Origin: a bacterium
Lineage (GTDB): Bacteria; Electryoneota; Electryoneia; Electryoneales; Electryoneaceae
NCBI GenBank assembly: GCA_019912845.1
Contig: JAIOHU010000137.1
Coordinates: forward strand, 20,765-84,764
DNA length: 64,000 nucleotides
Reading direction: 5' to 3'
A program made the translations under genes and the position numbers. The notes beneath the pieces were generated by a model. It did no database searches, was not told the origin of the DNA, and worked only from the letters and a program-made list of their open reading frames with translations. Each line of letters begins with the position of its first letter. Positions within the stretch are counted from its first letter, which is position 1. Shown one piece after another: positions 20,309-29,604 of the stretch.

Positions 20309-21724
20309 TTAAAGCGAATCTTCTTGAATACGTCTACTCAAACGATCCAGTTCGTTTGCAAAGACTGAATCCTCATTTTCCCACTTCAATATTGTCTGTT
20401 TAGCATGTAATACTGTAGTATGATCACGGTTACCAAATTGTCTACCAATTTGTTTCAAAGAATGCCCGGTCATACGAACGGAGAGAGCCATTGCAATCAT
20501 TCTGGCACGGGCAATTGGTTGGGTTCGTACCTTTGCGCTGAGCAAATCATGGGAAACCTTGAAGTGATCAGCCGTGCATTTTTTTATATTATCAACTGAA
20601 ACACGTCGATCACGTGTTTCACAAAGGTCTTGAAGGGCACGTTTAGCTAATTCGAGGGTTATATCTACACCATTGAGATTTGCTTGAGCAAAAAGACGTA
20701 TCAATGCACCCTGTAGTTCACGAACATTTTTTGTTATATGTTGTGCCAGATAATGGCAGACATCAGTTCCTAGTTCTGAATATTCTTCTTCGGCAAGCCT
20801 TTGTATAATTGCCAGACGGGTATCATAGTCTGGAGGTCCGATATCACATACCAAACCCCATCCGATTCGACTAACAAGACGTTCATCCAAACCACCAAGT
20901 TCACGAGGGGGTTTATCTGAAGTCAGAACAATTTGTTTGCCAGCCTGATGAAGTGCATTAAACGTGTGGAAAAATTCCATCATCGTCCGTTCTCTATCTA
21001 TCAGAAACTGTATATCATCCAGAAGTAAAATATCCACCTGGCGGTACTCTGCAGAAAATTGTAATGCCCGGTTTTTGCTGATTGCTTCCACAAAATCCTG
21101 AGTAAATCTTTCGCTGGAAATATACTTTATGCGGAGATCCGGATATATACGTAAACTCTCATTACCTATTGCCTGTAATAAATGAGTTTTCCCAAGTCCT
21201 ACACCACCATACAGTAGAAGAGGATTATAAGAAGTCTTACCTGGCTTCTGGCTGACTGCAGTACACGCGGCACGGGCAAAACTATTTCCAGGACCCTCGA
21301 CAAAATTCGAAAAACAATATCTTGGATTGAGATCAACCGACTTATAAGTTGGAGAAGCAACTACCTCTGGTAAGGGTGCATATGTAGTAGGTTTGGCTGA
21401 GGGAGGTTCAGGGAGTTCATCACCATCTTTCTGAGAAACAGAATAAACCAATTTCCCTGATTTTCCCAGGGTATCCTCAAGGGCGTTCTCAATATTCGCG
21501 GCATAATGACCTTCGATCCACTCATAATAAAAACGGCTGGGTACTTCCACGGTCAAGGTAAATTCTTCAAAACTCAAAGGTTTAATTGGTTGAAACCAGG
21601 TTTTGAATGCCTTTGTTGGAAGATCGTCACCGATCTTTTCGCAGATATGGTGCCAAGCCTCATCAGCAGCTTGAACACTACCATTCTGAGGTGAATTTAA
21701 TATTAAGGGTCTGCTGTTTGTCAT
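20309..21724 (-). CDS. dnaA: Chromosomal replication initiator DnaA
   Basis: YNPLLLYGGVGLGKTHL, LLDDIQF, NVRELQGAL, GNRDHTTV. Confidence 0.98.
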   Translation of the reverse strand: MTNSRPLILNSPQNGSVQAADEAWHHICEKIGDDLPTKAFKTWFQPIKPLSFEEFTLTVEVPSRFYYEWIEGHYAANIENALEDTLGKSGKLVYSVSQKDGDELPEPPSAKPTTYAPLPEVVASPTYKSVDLNPRYCFSNFVEGPGNSFARAACTAVSQKPGKTSYNPLLLYGGVGLGKTHLLQAIGNESLRIYPDLRIKYISSERFTQDFVEAISKNRALQFSAEYRQVDILLLDDIQFLIDRERTMMEFFHTFNALHQAGKQIVLTSDKPPRELGGLDERLVSRIGWGLVCDIGPPDYDTRLAIIQRLAEEEYSELGTDVCHYLAQHITKNVRELQGALIRLFAQANLNGVDITLELAKRALQDLCETRDRRVSVDNIKKCTADHFKVSHDLLSAKVRTQPIARARMIAMALSVRMTGHSLKQIGRQFGNRDHTTVLHAKQTILKWENEDSVFANELDRLSRRIQEDSL

Positions 21725-21759
21725 TATCTCATCATGAATACAAATTGTGAACAGATGAT

Positions 21760-21835
21760 AGTGGATAAGTGTTAATAACTAAATTGAAGTCTTTTGTTTT
21801 CAAGGTGTAAGGCAGTACATTTTAGATGTGGATAA
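21760..21835 (-). promoter_or_regulatory. DnaA boxes in the dnaA leader (autoregulation or second origin cluster)
   Basis: TGTGGATAA 21827-21835 (perfect), AGTGGATAA 21760-21768, TGTTAATAA 21770-21778. Confidence 0.75.
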
Positions 21836-21892
21836 GTCCTTGAAAAGCAATGCCAACAAGAATTACAAGGGATGCAACTCCCGTCGAGTGAG

Positions 21893-21921
21893 AATATAGA
21901 TGAGTGTTTTCTACCTGTCAA
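21893..21921 (-). promoter_or_regulatory. sigma70-type dnaA promoter
   Basis: TTGACA-17bp-TATATT on - strand, upstream of the leader DnaA boxes. Confidence 0.7.
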
Positions 21922-22474
21922 GGATAAATTTCTTCTCATTTGGCAATGATGGAATTCTAACCGTTTTCAAACATTCAATGCGAAGAAATTTCAGAGCTAA
22001 GTGCATAATCTACGAGCTGAATTCCTTTTCAGTTCTGGCTCGAGAGGCGGGTAAATTTTAGAATCAGAAATGGTGGTGCACTGTGATAAAACTCACAACA
22101 ACAAACCAAATTTTAGTGCAGTTTACAAAGTCAATTTGTACACAAGTTCTCTCGATTAATTTTAGATTTGGTTGTTACTATTTAAATGTTGATATTTTAT
22201 TGCTACCTTTCGTATTGTTGATAGTTCATCAAAAAACAACGATAAAAAGTAGATGTGGGATTGAATTCGTTTTTTAATACATGATAAAGATGGAAAATAT
22301 ATGTTCGTAATTGAACGAGTGAAGCGGTACAGCAAGCATTTTTTGTGGAATTTGAAGAAACATAAAATTAAATGATCGAGTTAGAACGGAAAGAAAAAAT
22401 ATTTAGCAAAGCTAGAGAGCAATCTAGTACCCACACAAATTCACATGTCGCAACCATGTTGAAAGGAAGAGCAA

Positions 22475-24046
22475 ATGGCTACAAAAAAGAAGAAAGCTCC
22501 TGTCATTGAAAACGAGCTTCTGACAGGATTCACCGATCTACTTGATGGTGTCGGTGAAGATGAAGATCTGGATACAAAAATTCTTGATCTTTTAAAAGAA
22601 CAATTCGGCGGTGATCATGGCATGCTGCTTGAGCCTGAAGTTACCACAGGCAACTTACGCGAAGTAGCAAAGTTTGGCGAAATTGAAGAAATGCTGAACC
22701 AGGATATGAGGAATTTTACTCAATTTACCATGGATCATCCTGAGGATCCAGATTTTGTCGTCGTAGCACCAGATGCAAAAAAAGTACAAAAACTCGCCGC
22801 ACGCAAAAGTGTACGAAGAGATATGACCAAGCAGGTGTTAATCTTCCCGTTGACCGCAGGTGATGAGGCGATGGGAGTCGTTTATCTTGGTTCAAAAGAT
22901 GGAAAATCGCTCAAGGTTGATGGTCTGACGCAGGAATCAGTTCTGGAGTTTGGTAAAACATTCGGAAAGATTCTTAAAATTGACCGTGCCATTCAACGTG
23001 TCGCTCTCCAAAATCAATCATTACAACGTACAGTAAGTGGTGAAGCGGTTTACCAGAACCTGGTAGGATCCAGTGAATCTGTAGAACGGATTAAACGTGC
23101 GCTGGCATTAGTTGAAGCGACTGATATCCCTGTAACCCTGGTTGGCGAAACAGGAACAGGGAAAGCAATGTTGGCACAAATATTACATAACAACAGCGGT
23201 CGTAAAAAGAAACCGTTCATCCATCTGCAAATCAATGAAATTCCTGAAAAACTGCTGGAAATCACAATTTTCGGACGTGCTTCAAGATCAAGCAACAAGG
23301 CAGTGCGCGGTGCATTACGTGATGCAAAAGGCGGAACCCTGTTTATCCAGGACGTCGATAAACTGCCACTGCGTCTACAAGCACAATTACAGCAAGCCAT
23401 CGAAAATGGTGAAGCATTCCCATTACAAGGCGATAATGAATATCCAGTAGATGTACGATTGGTCGCCTCAACCGAATCAAATCTCGCGACACTCTTTGAA
23501 GAAAATAAAATTCGTGAGGATTTGTACCAACGTCTAAGCATTTTCCCGATTCTGATACCACCATTGCGTGATCGTACCGAAGACCTGCCCGTGCTGGTGC
23601 CTCACTTTATCGACGAAGCTGCGGCAGCATTTGGAAAAGCTGTGTCTGGTGTTAACAGTGAAGTTTACGACTACCTGGGCACCTATGATTGGCCAGGAAA
23701 TATCACTGAACTGGAAAAGGAAATCCGTCAAGCGGTGTTACGTGCGCCGGATCGTGGTGGAGTGTTAACTCCAAGCTCGCTCAGTAAGCATTTGATCAGC
23801 AAACGCGAACCAGCAATTTCTCTTCCAAAAGAAGGTACCTTGAAGCAGAGAATCGCTGGAATCGAAAAACGGTTGATCATGGAAGCGTTGGAGCAATACA
23901 AACACAATCAATCCACAACGGCAGATCGTCTCGGATTAAGCAGACAGGCACTAATTAACAAACTGCACCGTTATGGTATTGAGACAGGAAGAAAATATAA
24001 GAGACGTCTTCGTGAAATTGAAGCGAAAGCTGAGATTACCGAATAA
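22475..24046 (+). CDS. Atypical NtrC/Fis-family AAA+ transcriptional regulator (GAF-like + AAA + HTH) with degenerate motifs
   Basis: GETGTGK, VDVRLVAST, IREDLYQRL, YDWPGNITEL, Fis HTH TADRLGLSRQALINKL; no GAFTGA. Confidence 0.88.
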   Translation: MATKKKKAPVIENELLTGFTDLLDGVGEDEDLDTKILDLLKEQFGGDHGMLLEPEVTTGNLREVAKFGEIEEMLNQDMRNFTQFTMDHPEDPDFVVVAPDAKKVQKLAARKSVRRDMTKQVLIFPLTAGDEAMGVVYLGSKDGKSLKVDGLTQESVLEFGKTFGKILKIDRAIQRVALQNQSLQRTVSGEAVYQNLVGSSESVERIKRALALVEATDIPVTLVGETGTGKAMLAQILHNNSGRKKKPFIHLQINEIPEKLLEITIFGRASRSSNKAVRGALRDAKGGTLFIQDVDKLPLRLQAQLQQAIENGEAFPLQGDNEYPVDVRLVASTESNLATLFEENKIREDLYQRLSIFPILIPPLRDRTEDLPVLVPHFIDEAAAAFGKAVSGVNSEVYDYLGTYDWPGNITELEKEIRQAVLRAPDRGGVLTPSSLSKHLISKREPAISLPKEGTLKQRIAGIEKRLIMEALEQYKHNQSTTADRLGLSRQALINKLHRYGIETGRKYKRRLREIEAKAEITE

Positions 24047-24077
24047 CACCGAGTCTCTAGTATCATTAGATTGAATC

Positions 24078-24107
24078 ACAAACGCCCTCATCACAGAGGG
24101 CGTTTGT
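24078..24107. terminator. Intrinsic terminator between convergent genes
   Basis: ACAAACGCCCTC-ATCACA-GAGGGCGTTTGT 12-bp perfect stem. Confidence 0.8.
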
Positions 24108-24215
24108 ATTATACTGATTCTTGGAATTATTGTCTTATGCTGAACTGCAATATGTTTGTGTTGTTCGGATTACCGCTTTCCAATCAGTCCTAAAATCAAT
24201 AATATTACTACTTTC

Positions 24216-24248
24216 CTGGATGCCAGCTAACCCCACGCTGGCATGACG
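24216..24248. repeat. REP-like palindrome, family A (CGTCAT...ATCCAG)
   Basis: Stem ATGCCAGC/GCTGGCAT; its reverse complement shares both ends with 31896-31929. Confidence 0.5.
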
Positions 24249-24284
24249 AGATCAAACAATATTTTCGAGCATCGCTCTAATTGA

Positions 24285-26249
24285 CTATTTCCCAACACCA
24301 AAGAACACTCCCAGCAAAAGGGGAAGCAAGATCAGGAAAATTCCCATCAAACTTTCGCCTGCGATCAAGCCAGATGCCACTGGAACAGTAAAGGTTTTGT
24401 CAGTGGCTGATGATTTTTTGCTGATTATCCAGGCAATCAATCCACCGAGAAACATTGAAAGCGAATACCAGAAGTGGAAGGTGAATGCCAGACCGATTCC
24501 CATAGGTGAGGGTACCCATTTTTTAGCTTTATCCGGCAACCACATGGGCAACAGAACGAGCAAAATTCCCACCAGACCACCAATCACCAAAGCCATCTGG
24601 GCTGTCGGGTGCAATGATTCAAAGCCATTTGCAAGTAATTTGGCAACAGAAGCCCAAACTTGTGCTGCAGGCGCAGGCCACTGATCTGTACCCAGTGCTG
24701 AGGCATCAGGAACCAATAGATAAAATGCTGGCACTGTAACCGCGGTACCGATAAATATTCCACTAAATTGAGCCAGAAACTGCTTTCGTGGATTCGCACC
24801 GAGCACATACCCACTTTTCAGATCGATCAAAAGGTCGGAAGCACTATCCGCAACTCCTGCAGTAATACAGGCAGCCATGAGATTTGTATTCGTCTGTTTT
24901 GGAGCAATCGCACCATAAGCTAGCTGGGTAACTTTTCCCATCGCTCCAACAGGTGTGGTATCCGTTTCGCCTGTTGTACGACAAGCGACTAAAGCCAGGA
25001 AAAACGACATCACAACTGCCAGCATCGCCATCCAGAGTGCCATCCCAAATGCAGCATGGGCAACCCAGACCACGCCAATCCCACCAGCAATAGCACCGGT
25101 TGCAAACCACGATCCGGGCACTTCGACTTTATCCATCGCCAGAAGTTCGTCAGATTTCTGTGTAGGAGCGTTTTTGGAAAAAATGGCAGTCACACCACTG
25201 AATGCCCGTAAAATGGTTCGCCATTGTAGTCCAAATGCCAGCAGACCGCTGGTGACCATACAGGATGCACCTCCCCACAATGACCAGGAAACCATAGTAC
25301 GATAGTCCAGTGATTCAATGACTCCCATATTGTGCATAATCGGCACCAGAATCACCCAGTTGATAATTGCTCCCAGCAGGACAGAGGTTGCGACACGTAT
25401 CCCCATCAAGGCTCCGCCAGCCATCAGCAATACACTACCTTCCACCCCAACGGTATATTCAAGGGCACGTTTGCCAAAGAGTGGATAAACCTCATGGATG
25501 ATATGAAACGGTTTCTTCAGCAATCCGATTTCGGATAACATCACAAAACCATCACGTAAGAACGCGACCAAAGCACCAAGTCCACCAGCAAGGAATAGGG
25601 CTTTTGCGCTTTTTTCACCCTGCTCTTCGCTAAGAATAGCATCTTCAAAATCTTCTTCTTTTTCAGCGGCACTTTTTTCATCCATCCCGACATCTGCAAC
25701 AGGCCCTTCGGTAGCTGGAGAATGTTCATAGTCCGCGTGTAAAGATCTGAGTGTCATTGCTGCAGCAATACCTGATGGAAAACGGAGACGTTCGATATTG
25801 ATCATCTGACGTTTCATGGGAATTGCCAGGGTAACACCAAGTACAGCGAGGAAAAATATCCAGAGGGTAAGTTGACCATAAGGAATGTGATGACCGTTTA
25901 TGAGCAGAAATGCGGCTATCGCTGAAACCAATGTTCCACCAGTCGAATAACCAGCAGAAGAAGCCGTAGACTGCATGGAGTTATTTTCGAGAACGGTCAT
26001 CTCGGATCTGGCAAAGCCCAGCTTTTTGAATGTTTTCCAGATCGCAAAACTAAGCACACAAGAGGTAATCGCAACCCCGAAGCCCCAACCGGTTTTCAAG
26101 CCGATGTACAAATTGGAAAGGGACATAATCGCGCCGAGGAAGGAACCCATCAATACAGCTCGCAGGGTCAGTTGTTTCATCTCGCCACGGTAATGCTGGT
26201 GGAACCATTGTAATTCCAGTTCTTCCGGGGTGGGTCTTTTCGCTGCCAT
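24285..26249 (-). CDS. OPT/YSL family oligopeptide transporter
   Basis: QLTLRAV, YIGLKTG, ENNSMQSTASSA, LRFPSGIAAA, DLKSGYVLGANPRKQF, ASGLIAGESL. Confidence 0.93.
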   Translation of the reverse strand: MAAKRPTPEELELQWFHQHYRGEMKQLTLRAVLMGSFLGAIMSLSNLYIGLKTGWGFGVAITSCVLSFAIWKTFKKLGFARSEMTVLENNSMQSTASSAGYSTGGTLVSAIAAFLLINGHHIPYGQLTLWIFFLAVLGVTLAIPMKRQMINIERLRFPSGIAAAMTLRSLHADYEHSPATEGPVADVGMDEKSAAEKEEDFEDAILSEEQGEKSAKALFLAGGLGALVAFLRDGFVMLSEIGLLKKPFHIIHEVYPLFGKRALEYTVGVEGSVLLMAGGALMGIRVATSVLLGAIINWVILVPIMHNMGVIESLDYRTMVSWSLWGGASCMVTSGLLAFGLQWRTILRAFSGVTAIFSKNAPTQKSDELLAMDKVEVPGSWFATGAIAGGIGVVWVAHAAFGMALWMAMLAVVMSFFLALVACRTTGETDTTPVGAMGKVTQLAYGAIAPKQTNTNLMAACITAGVADSASDLLIDLKSGYVLGANPRKQFLAQFSGIFIGTAVTVPAFYLLVPDASALGTDQWPAPAAQVWASVAKLLANGFESLHPTAQMALVIGGLVGILLVLLPMWLPDKAKKWVPSPMGIGLAFTFHFWYSLSMFLGGLIAWIISKKSSATDKTFTVPVASGLIAGESLMGIFLILLPLLLGVFFGVGK

Positions 26250-26526
26250 GCGTGATCTCCCAAGTCAAATAGAGGTAAGTGGTTTTGAGCACTGCAAATA
26301 TAGGGGAAATCAAGGGAGCGTGAAAGGAAAAGTGGGATGAGTTACAAATTACGAATCAAGAGTCAATAATCAAGGATTTAATCCGAACCCAAAACTTAGT
26401 TTGATCATTGCCAACCCTACGTCAGCACAAATTCGGTTTGATCCCTGATTCCAAATTTCTAATTGAGACAATTCCCTTATGGCAGGAAAGTACTATAAAG
26501 CAAACTGTCTCCCGTCTAGGTGAGCA

Positions 26527-26949
26527 TTATTGCCAGGGTATACGGTCTAGCGTCCAGTGTATACCGTCAAGGTAGACCATTTCGGTATGGTCATCATCTA
26601 AGAATTTATATCCACGAACATAACTAGTGTCGTGCACCTCATGGATAATAAAATCCTGCCAACAGTAACTACGACCCTTGAAAGATAAGGGTTGTACTGT
26701 GAAAGTTGTATCAGTAAGCTCTATGCATCCAAACTCTTTTAGGGTCTTCTGGCATCCATCCTCATAAGTATCTACTGCGAATTTATTCTCATAAAAAAAG
26801 AAAAAATTCCCTGAAAAGCCGCGAACTTCCCAAGCTGTATTCACCAATTCTTCAGGTACGGTTACCTCAATTACCGATGTCGCCCTTACCGGTTCGCTAT
26901 CTTCAGAGCATCCCAAGAATAGCAGTAAAAGCAGTATAAAGTATTTCAT
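26527..26949 (-). CDS. Lipoprotein of unknown function (paralog 1)
   Basis: Lipobox FLGC; N-terminal 38 aa nearly identical to 27649-28074. Confidence 0.8.
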   Translation of the reverse strand: MKYFILLLLLFLGCSEDSEPVRATSVIEVTVPEELVNTAWEVRGFSGNFFFFYENKFAVDTYEDGCQKTLKEFGCIELTDTTFTVQPLSFKGRSYCWQDFIIHEVHDTSYVRGYKFLDDDHTEMVYLDGIHWTLDRIPWQ

Positions 26950-27024
26950 GTAATTTTCTCGTTTTCATAATCGACCAAGATTCCCTAAATTACCATACTT
27001 AAGCAATGAAAACCAAAGGATACA

Positions 27025-27573
27025 ATGAAAAGAGCTATATTTCTGTTGCTACTTATAAGTAGTGCTGCAAGCGCAAAAGAAGTTGCCATTCGATTGTCAC
27101 CAATTTTCAATAAAGTCGAATTTGGAGATTCGGATTTTGCACTCGGTGTTTTCGGGGGTGTTGATATTTCCTTCCGCGATAGCTTGTTCTTTTCATTTTA
27201 TATCACCCATTTATCAATCAGCGAGAATACAAAGTTCGACCAATTGAACCAATCATACAACATCGGCTTCAATATTGCAGAGTTTGGTATAAACGCTAAT
27301 GCGATTACGACACCCCATATCCGCACAAAAATTGGTGGTGTTTTGGGGATTGCCAAAGGATATATTAATCAAAGTGACAAACAAGTGCACTCATCTACAG
27401 GACTTTCTGCTAGAATATTTTATGATATTGAGGGTAACCTCGCACCAGAAGTAAATCCATTTCTGACAGTCTCTTTCAGATATGCCAAACTGGGTGAATT
27501 TCGGAATGAACCTATTTATAATTTTTCTGGAGTTGTTTTTATGGTTGGACTAAGGCTTAGGCTGAGGACATAG
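27025..27573 (+). CDS. Putative small outer-membrane beta-barrel protein
   Basis: Signal peptide (ASA), alternating hydrophobic strands, C-terminal VGLRLRL. Confidence 0.6.
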   Translation: MKRAIFLLLLISSAASAKEVAIRLSPIFNKVEFGDSDFALGVFGGVDISFRDSLFFSFYITHLSISENTKFDQLNQSYNIGFNIAEFGINANAITTPHIRTKIGGVLGIAKGYINQSDKQVHSSTGLSARIFYDIEGNLAPEVNPFLTVSFRYAKLGEFRNEPIYNFSGVVFMVGLRLRLRT

Positions 27574-27648
27574 CGACTCTCCCGTTTTTGCAATTTCGAT
27601 TCCTCAATCCTTTATACCATATTCCAGGATCGGTGGGAATAAATAGCT

Positions 27649-28074
27649 TCAATTCCAAGGGATACGGGTAAGGTGAATGACTATATTTGGAATATGCCAG
27701 AAGTCTAACTCTGTCGAGTCCGGTTCTGTATATTTGTAATACTGGATCGAGGGGGCACTGTCTCCAATTTCCGAATACTCAAAATCATTTACGCAGTTTG
27801 CACGATGCTTGTTGGATTCAATTTTTAGCGTAAAGGATGTATCGCTAACCTCTTCGCATAAATAAATTGATTCCGACATTAGGCAGTATTCGTTTTCAGT
27901 GGTAATGATGAACTCGGTCTCCGAAAAAATCATCTCTTCCCCGAAGTTGCTAGACCACCGCGTATTGACTAATTCTTCGGGCACAGTGATCTCAATTACC
28001 GATGTCGCCCTGACCGGTTCGCTATCTTCAGAGCATCCTATGAAAAGCAGTAAAAGAATTATCAGATATCTCAT
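27649..28074 (-). CDS. Lipoprotein of unknown function (paralog 2)
   Basis: Lipobox FIGC; shares SEDSEPVRATSVIE.TVPEELVNT and a RIPW C-terminus with paralog 1. Confidence 0.8.
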   Translation of the reverse strand: MRYLIILLLLFIGCSEDSEPVRATSVIEITVPEELVNTRWSSNFGEEMIFSETEFIITTENEYCLMSESIYLCEEVSDTSFTLKIESNKHRANCVNDFEYSEIGDSAPSIQYYKYTEPDSTELDFWHIPNIVIHLTRIPWN

Positions 28075-28250
28075 GGTTTATCTTTGAGTTTAAAAATTTC
28101 GTTGTTTTTTTGTAGCTTGATAATCTGATCAAGCCTATATTTTACTCCGAACACGGCAAAAGGAAGTATAGTCCAAAGGACTACTATCACGACAGTTGTA
28201 ACCCCAAGCAACCCATAAATCGCCCCAAGTGCTCCCAAACTTGTAACCAT
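28071..28250 (-). CDS. Small membrane protein, 59 aa (absent from ORF track)
   Basis: MVTSLGALGAIYGLLGVTTVVIVVLWTILPFAVFGVKYRLDQIIKLQKNNEIFKLKDKP*; GAGG SD; TGA overlaps the lipoprotein ATG (ATGA). Confidence 0.7.
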   Translation of the reverse strand: MVTSLGALGAIYGLLGVTTVVIVVLWTILPFAVFGVKYRLDQIIKLQKNNEIFKLKDKP

Positions 28251-28306
28251 AAAACCTCATATGTAGACGATAAAAGGTTTAACTCCTCATTCCTGATTAG
28301 TCAAGT

Positions 28307-28978
28307 TCAGGGAAGTTGATCGAGATGATCCAGCCAAAATTCCGGCTTCTCCAATTTCATTTTTTGATGATCGCCAAAGCCATAGGAGACAGCCGCCGCA
28401 TGACAACCGGCAGCGTGGGCAGCTTGAATGTCCGCAGGGGTATCACCAATGACCAGGGTTTCGGAAGGAGTGGCATCCAGACGTTCGAGGGCAAGATGAA
28501 TTACGAAGGGATCGGGTTTAACTGGTTTATCCTCATCAGTCCCACAGATTTTATCGACTGAATCATGCAGCCCGATACCCTCCATCACAAACTGTGCCGC
28601 CTCCTCGAACTTGGTCGTTGCCACGGCGATATTTGCACCACAATGACGTATTCTCGCGAGGCATTCTCTAACTCCAGGATAAAGTACCACTCCTGAAGGA
28701 AAATGGGCATCATGCCCGCGACGATAAGCGGTCACCAGACGATCAAACAACACGTTATCCATTTCATCAAAGATACCGTTCTCTCGCATATAGTAAGGAA
28801 AAATTTCAGAGAGAGGACGTCCAATCCATCTGGCAACATCATCGATGGTAACACCATTGATATTCATTTCGGCGAGTGCAGTTATCACACCTTCACCGAT
28901 TGCAATACGAGAATCTGTCAAGGTTCCATCGAGGTCGAAGATATAATGTTTGTAACGGCAGGGAGCTTTAGGGGTCAC
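28307..28978 (-). CDS. HAD family hydrolase (phosphoglycolate phosphatase-like)
   Basis: FDLDGTLTDS, ATTK, KPDP, IGDTPADI. Confidence 0.92.
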   Translation of the reverse strand: MTPKAPCRYKHYIFDLDGTLTDSRIAIGEGVITALAEMNINGVTIDDVARWIGRPLSEIFPYYMRENGIFDEMDNVLFDRLVTAYRRGHDAHFPSGVVLYPGVRECLARIRHCGANIAVATTKFEEAAQFVMEGIGLHDSVDKICGTDEDKPVKPDPFVIHLALERLDATPSETLVIGDTPADIQAAHAAGCHAAAVSYGFGDHQKMKLEKPEFWLDHLDQLP

Positions 28979-29385
28979 TATGTTTTGTCCACTGTAGCAT
29001 TTGTTTGTTTGCGGTGCAGGAGCATCATGGGAATGGGTTTCGGTTTAAGTGTGATCAAGGTATCCAGCCCGCCAACGATTTTACCAATGATGTTGACAGG
29101 TGTTGCAGGACGAATTTCACCATTCTGCGATATGGGTGTCGGACCCCAGAAAATACAGAAGGCATTTCCCAGTGGCCAGTAGGCGAGTGTACCGGGTTCA
29201 GTGATGGTGGAGACAGGCTTGTCCTCTCCGACATAGACCGGTATCGAACCATACAACTCTTCGCCCCAATAGTCGCCAGCAAACTCTAAAGGCAGTTTCT
29301 TAATAATGGCACGGGCAGTAAGGGTGTTGTTCAGTTCAGCGGTAAGCGTCAAATCACCAACTACAATTTTTATTGGAAAGTTCAC
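28978..29385 (-). CDS. Cyclophilin-like fold protein
   Basis: TARAIIKKLP, WGEELY, GTLAYWPLGNAFCIFWGPTP; GTG start after GAGGAG. Confidence 0.85.
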   Translation of the reverse strand: MNFPIKIVVGDLTLTAELNNTLTARAIIKKLPLEFAGDYWGEELYGSIPVYVGEDKPVSTITEPGTLAYWPLGNAFCIFWGPTPISQNGEIRPATPVNIIGKIVGGLDTLITLKPKPIPMMLLHRKQTNATVDKT

Positions 29386-29604
29386 ATCGCTCCTCGCACT
29401 CCTCAGGACAACATATGTACTTCCATGAATAGCTGAAAGGTATGCAGCGAATGAAAAGCACCTCAAGTAAAAAACAAAAGAATTTTAATTCATTTTGCGT
29501 AAATCCTGGAGACTGGAGCCACATCACAGGTGGAAGCCAAACCACCCATCGTGATATATTCGTCCACACTTCAAAATAGATCAAATATAAACTGGGAGAT
29601 GAAA

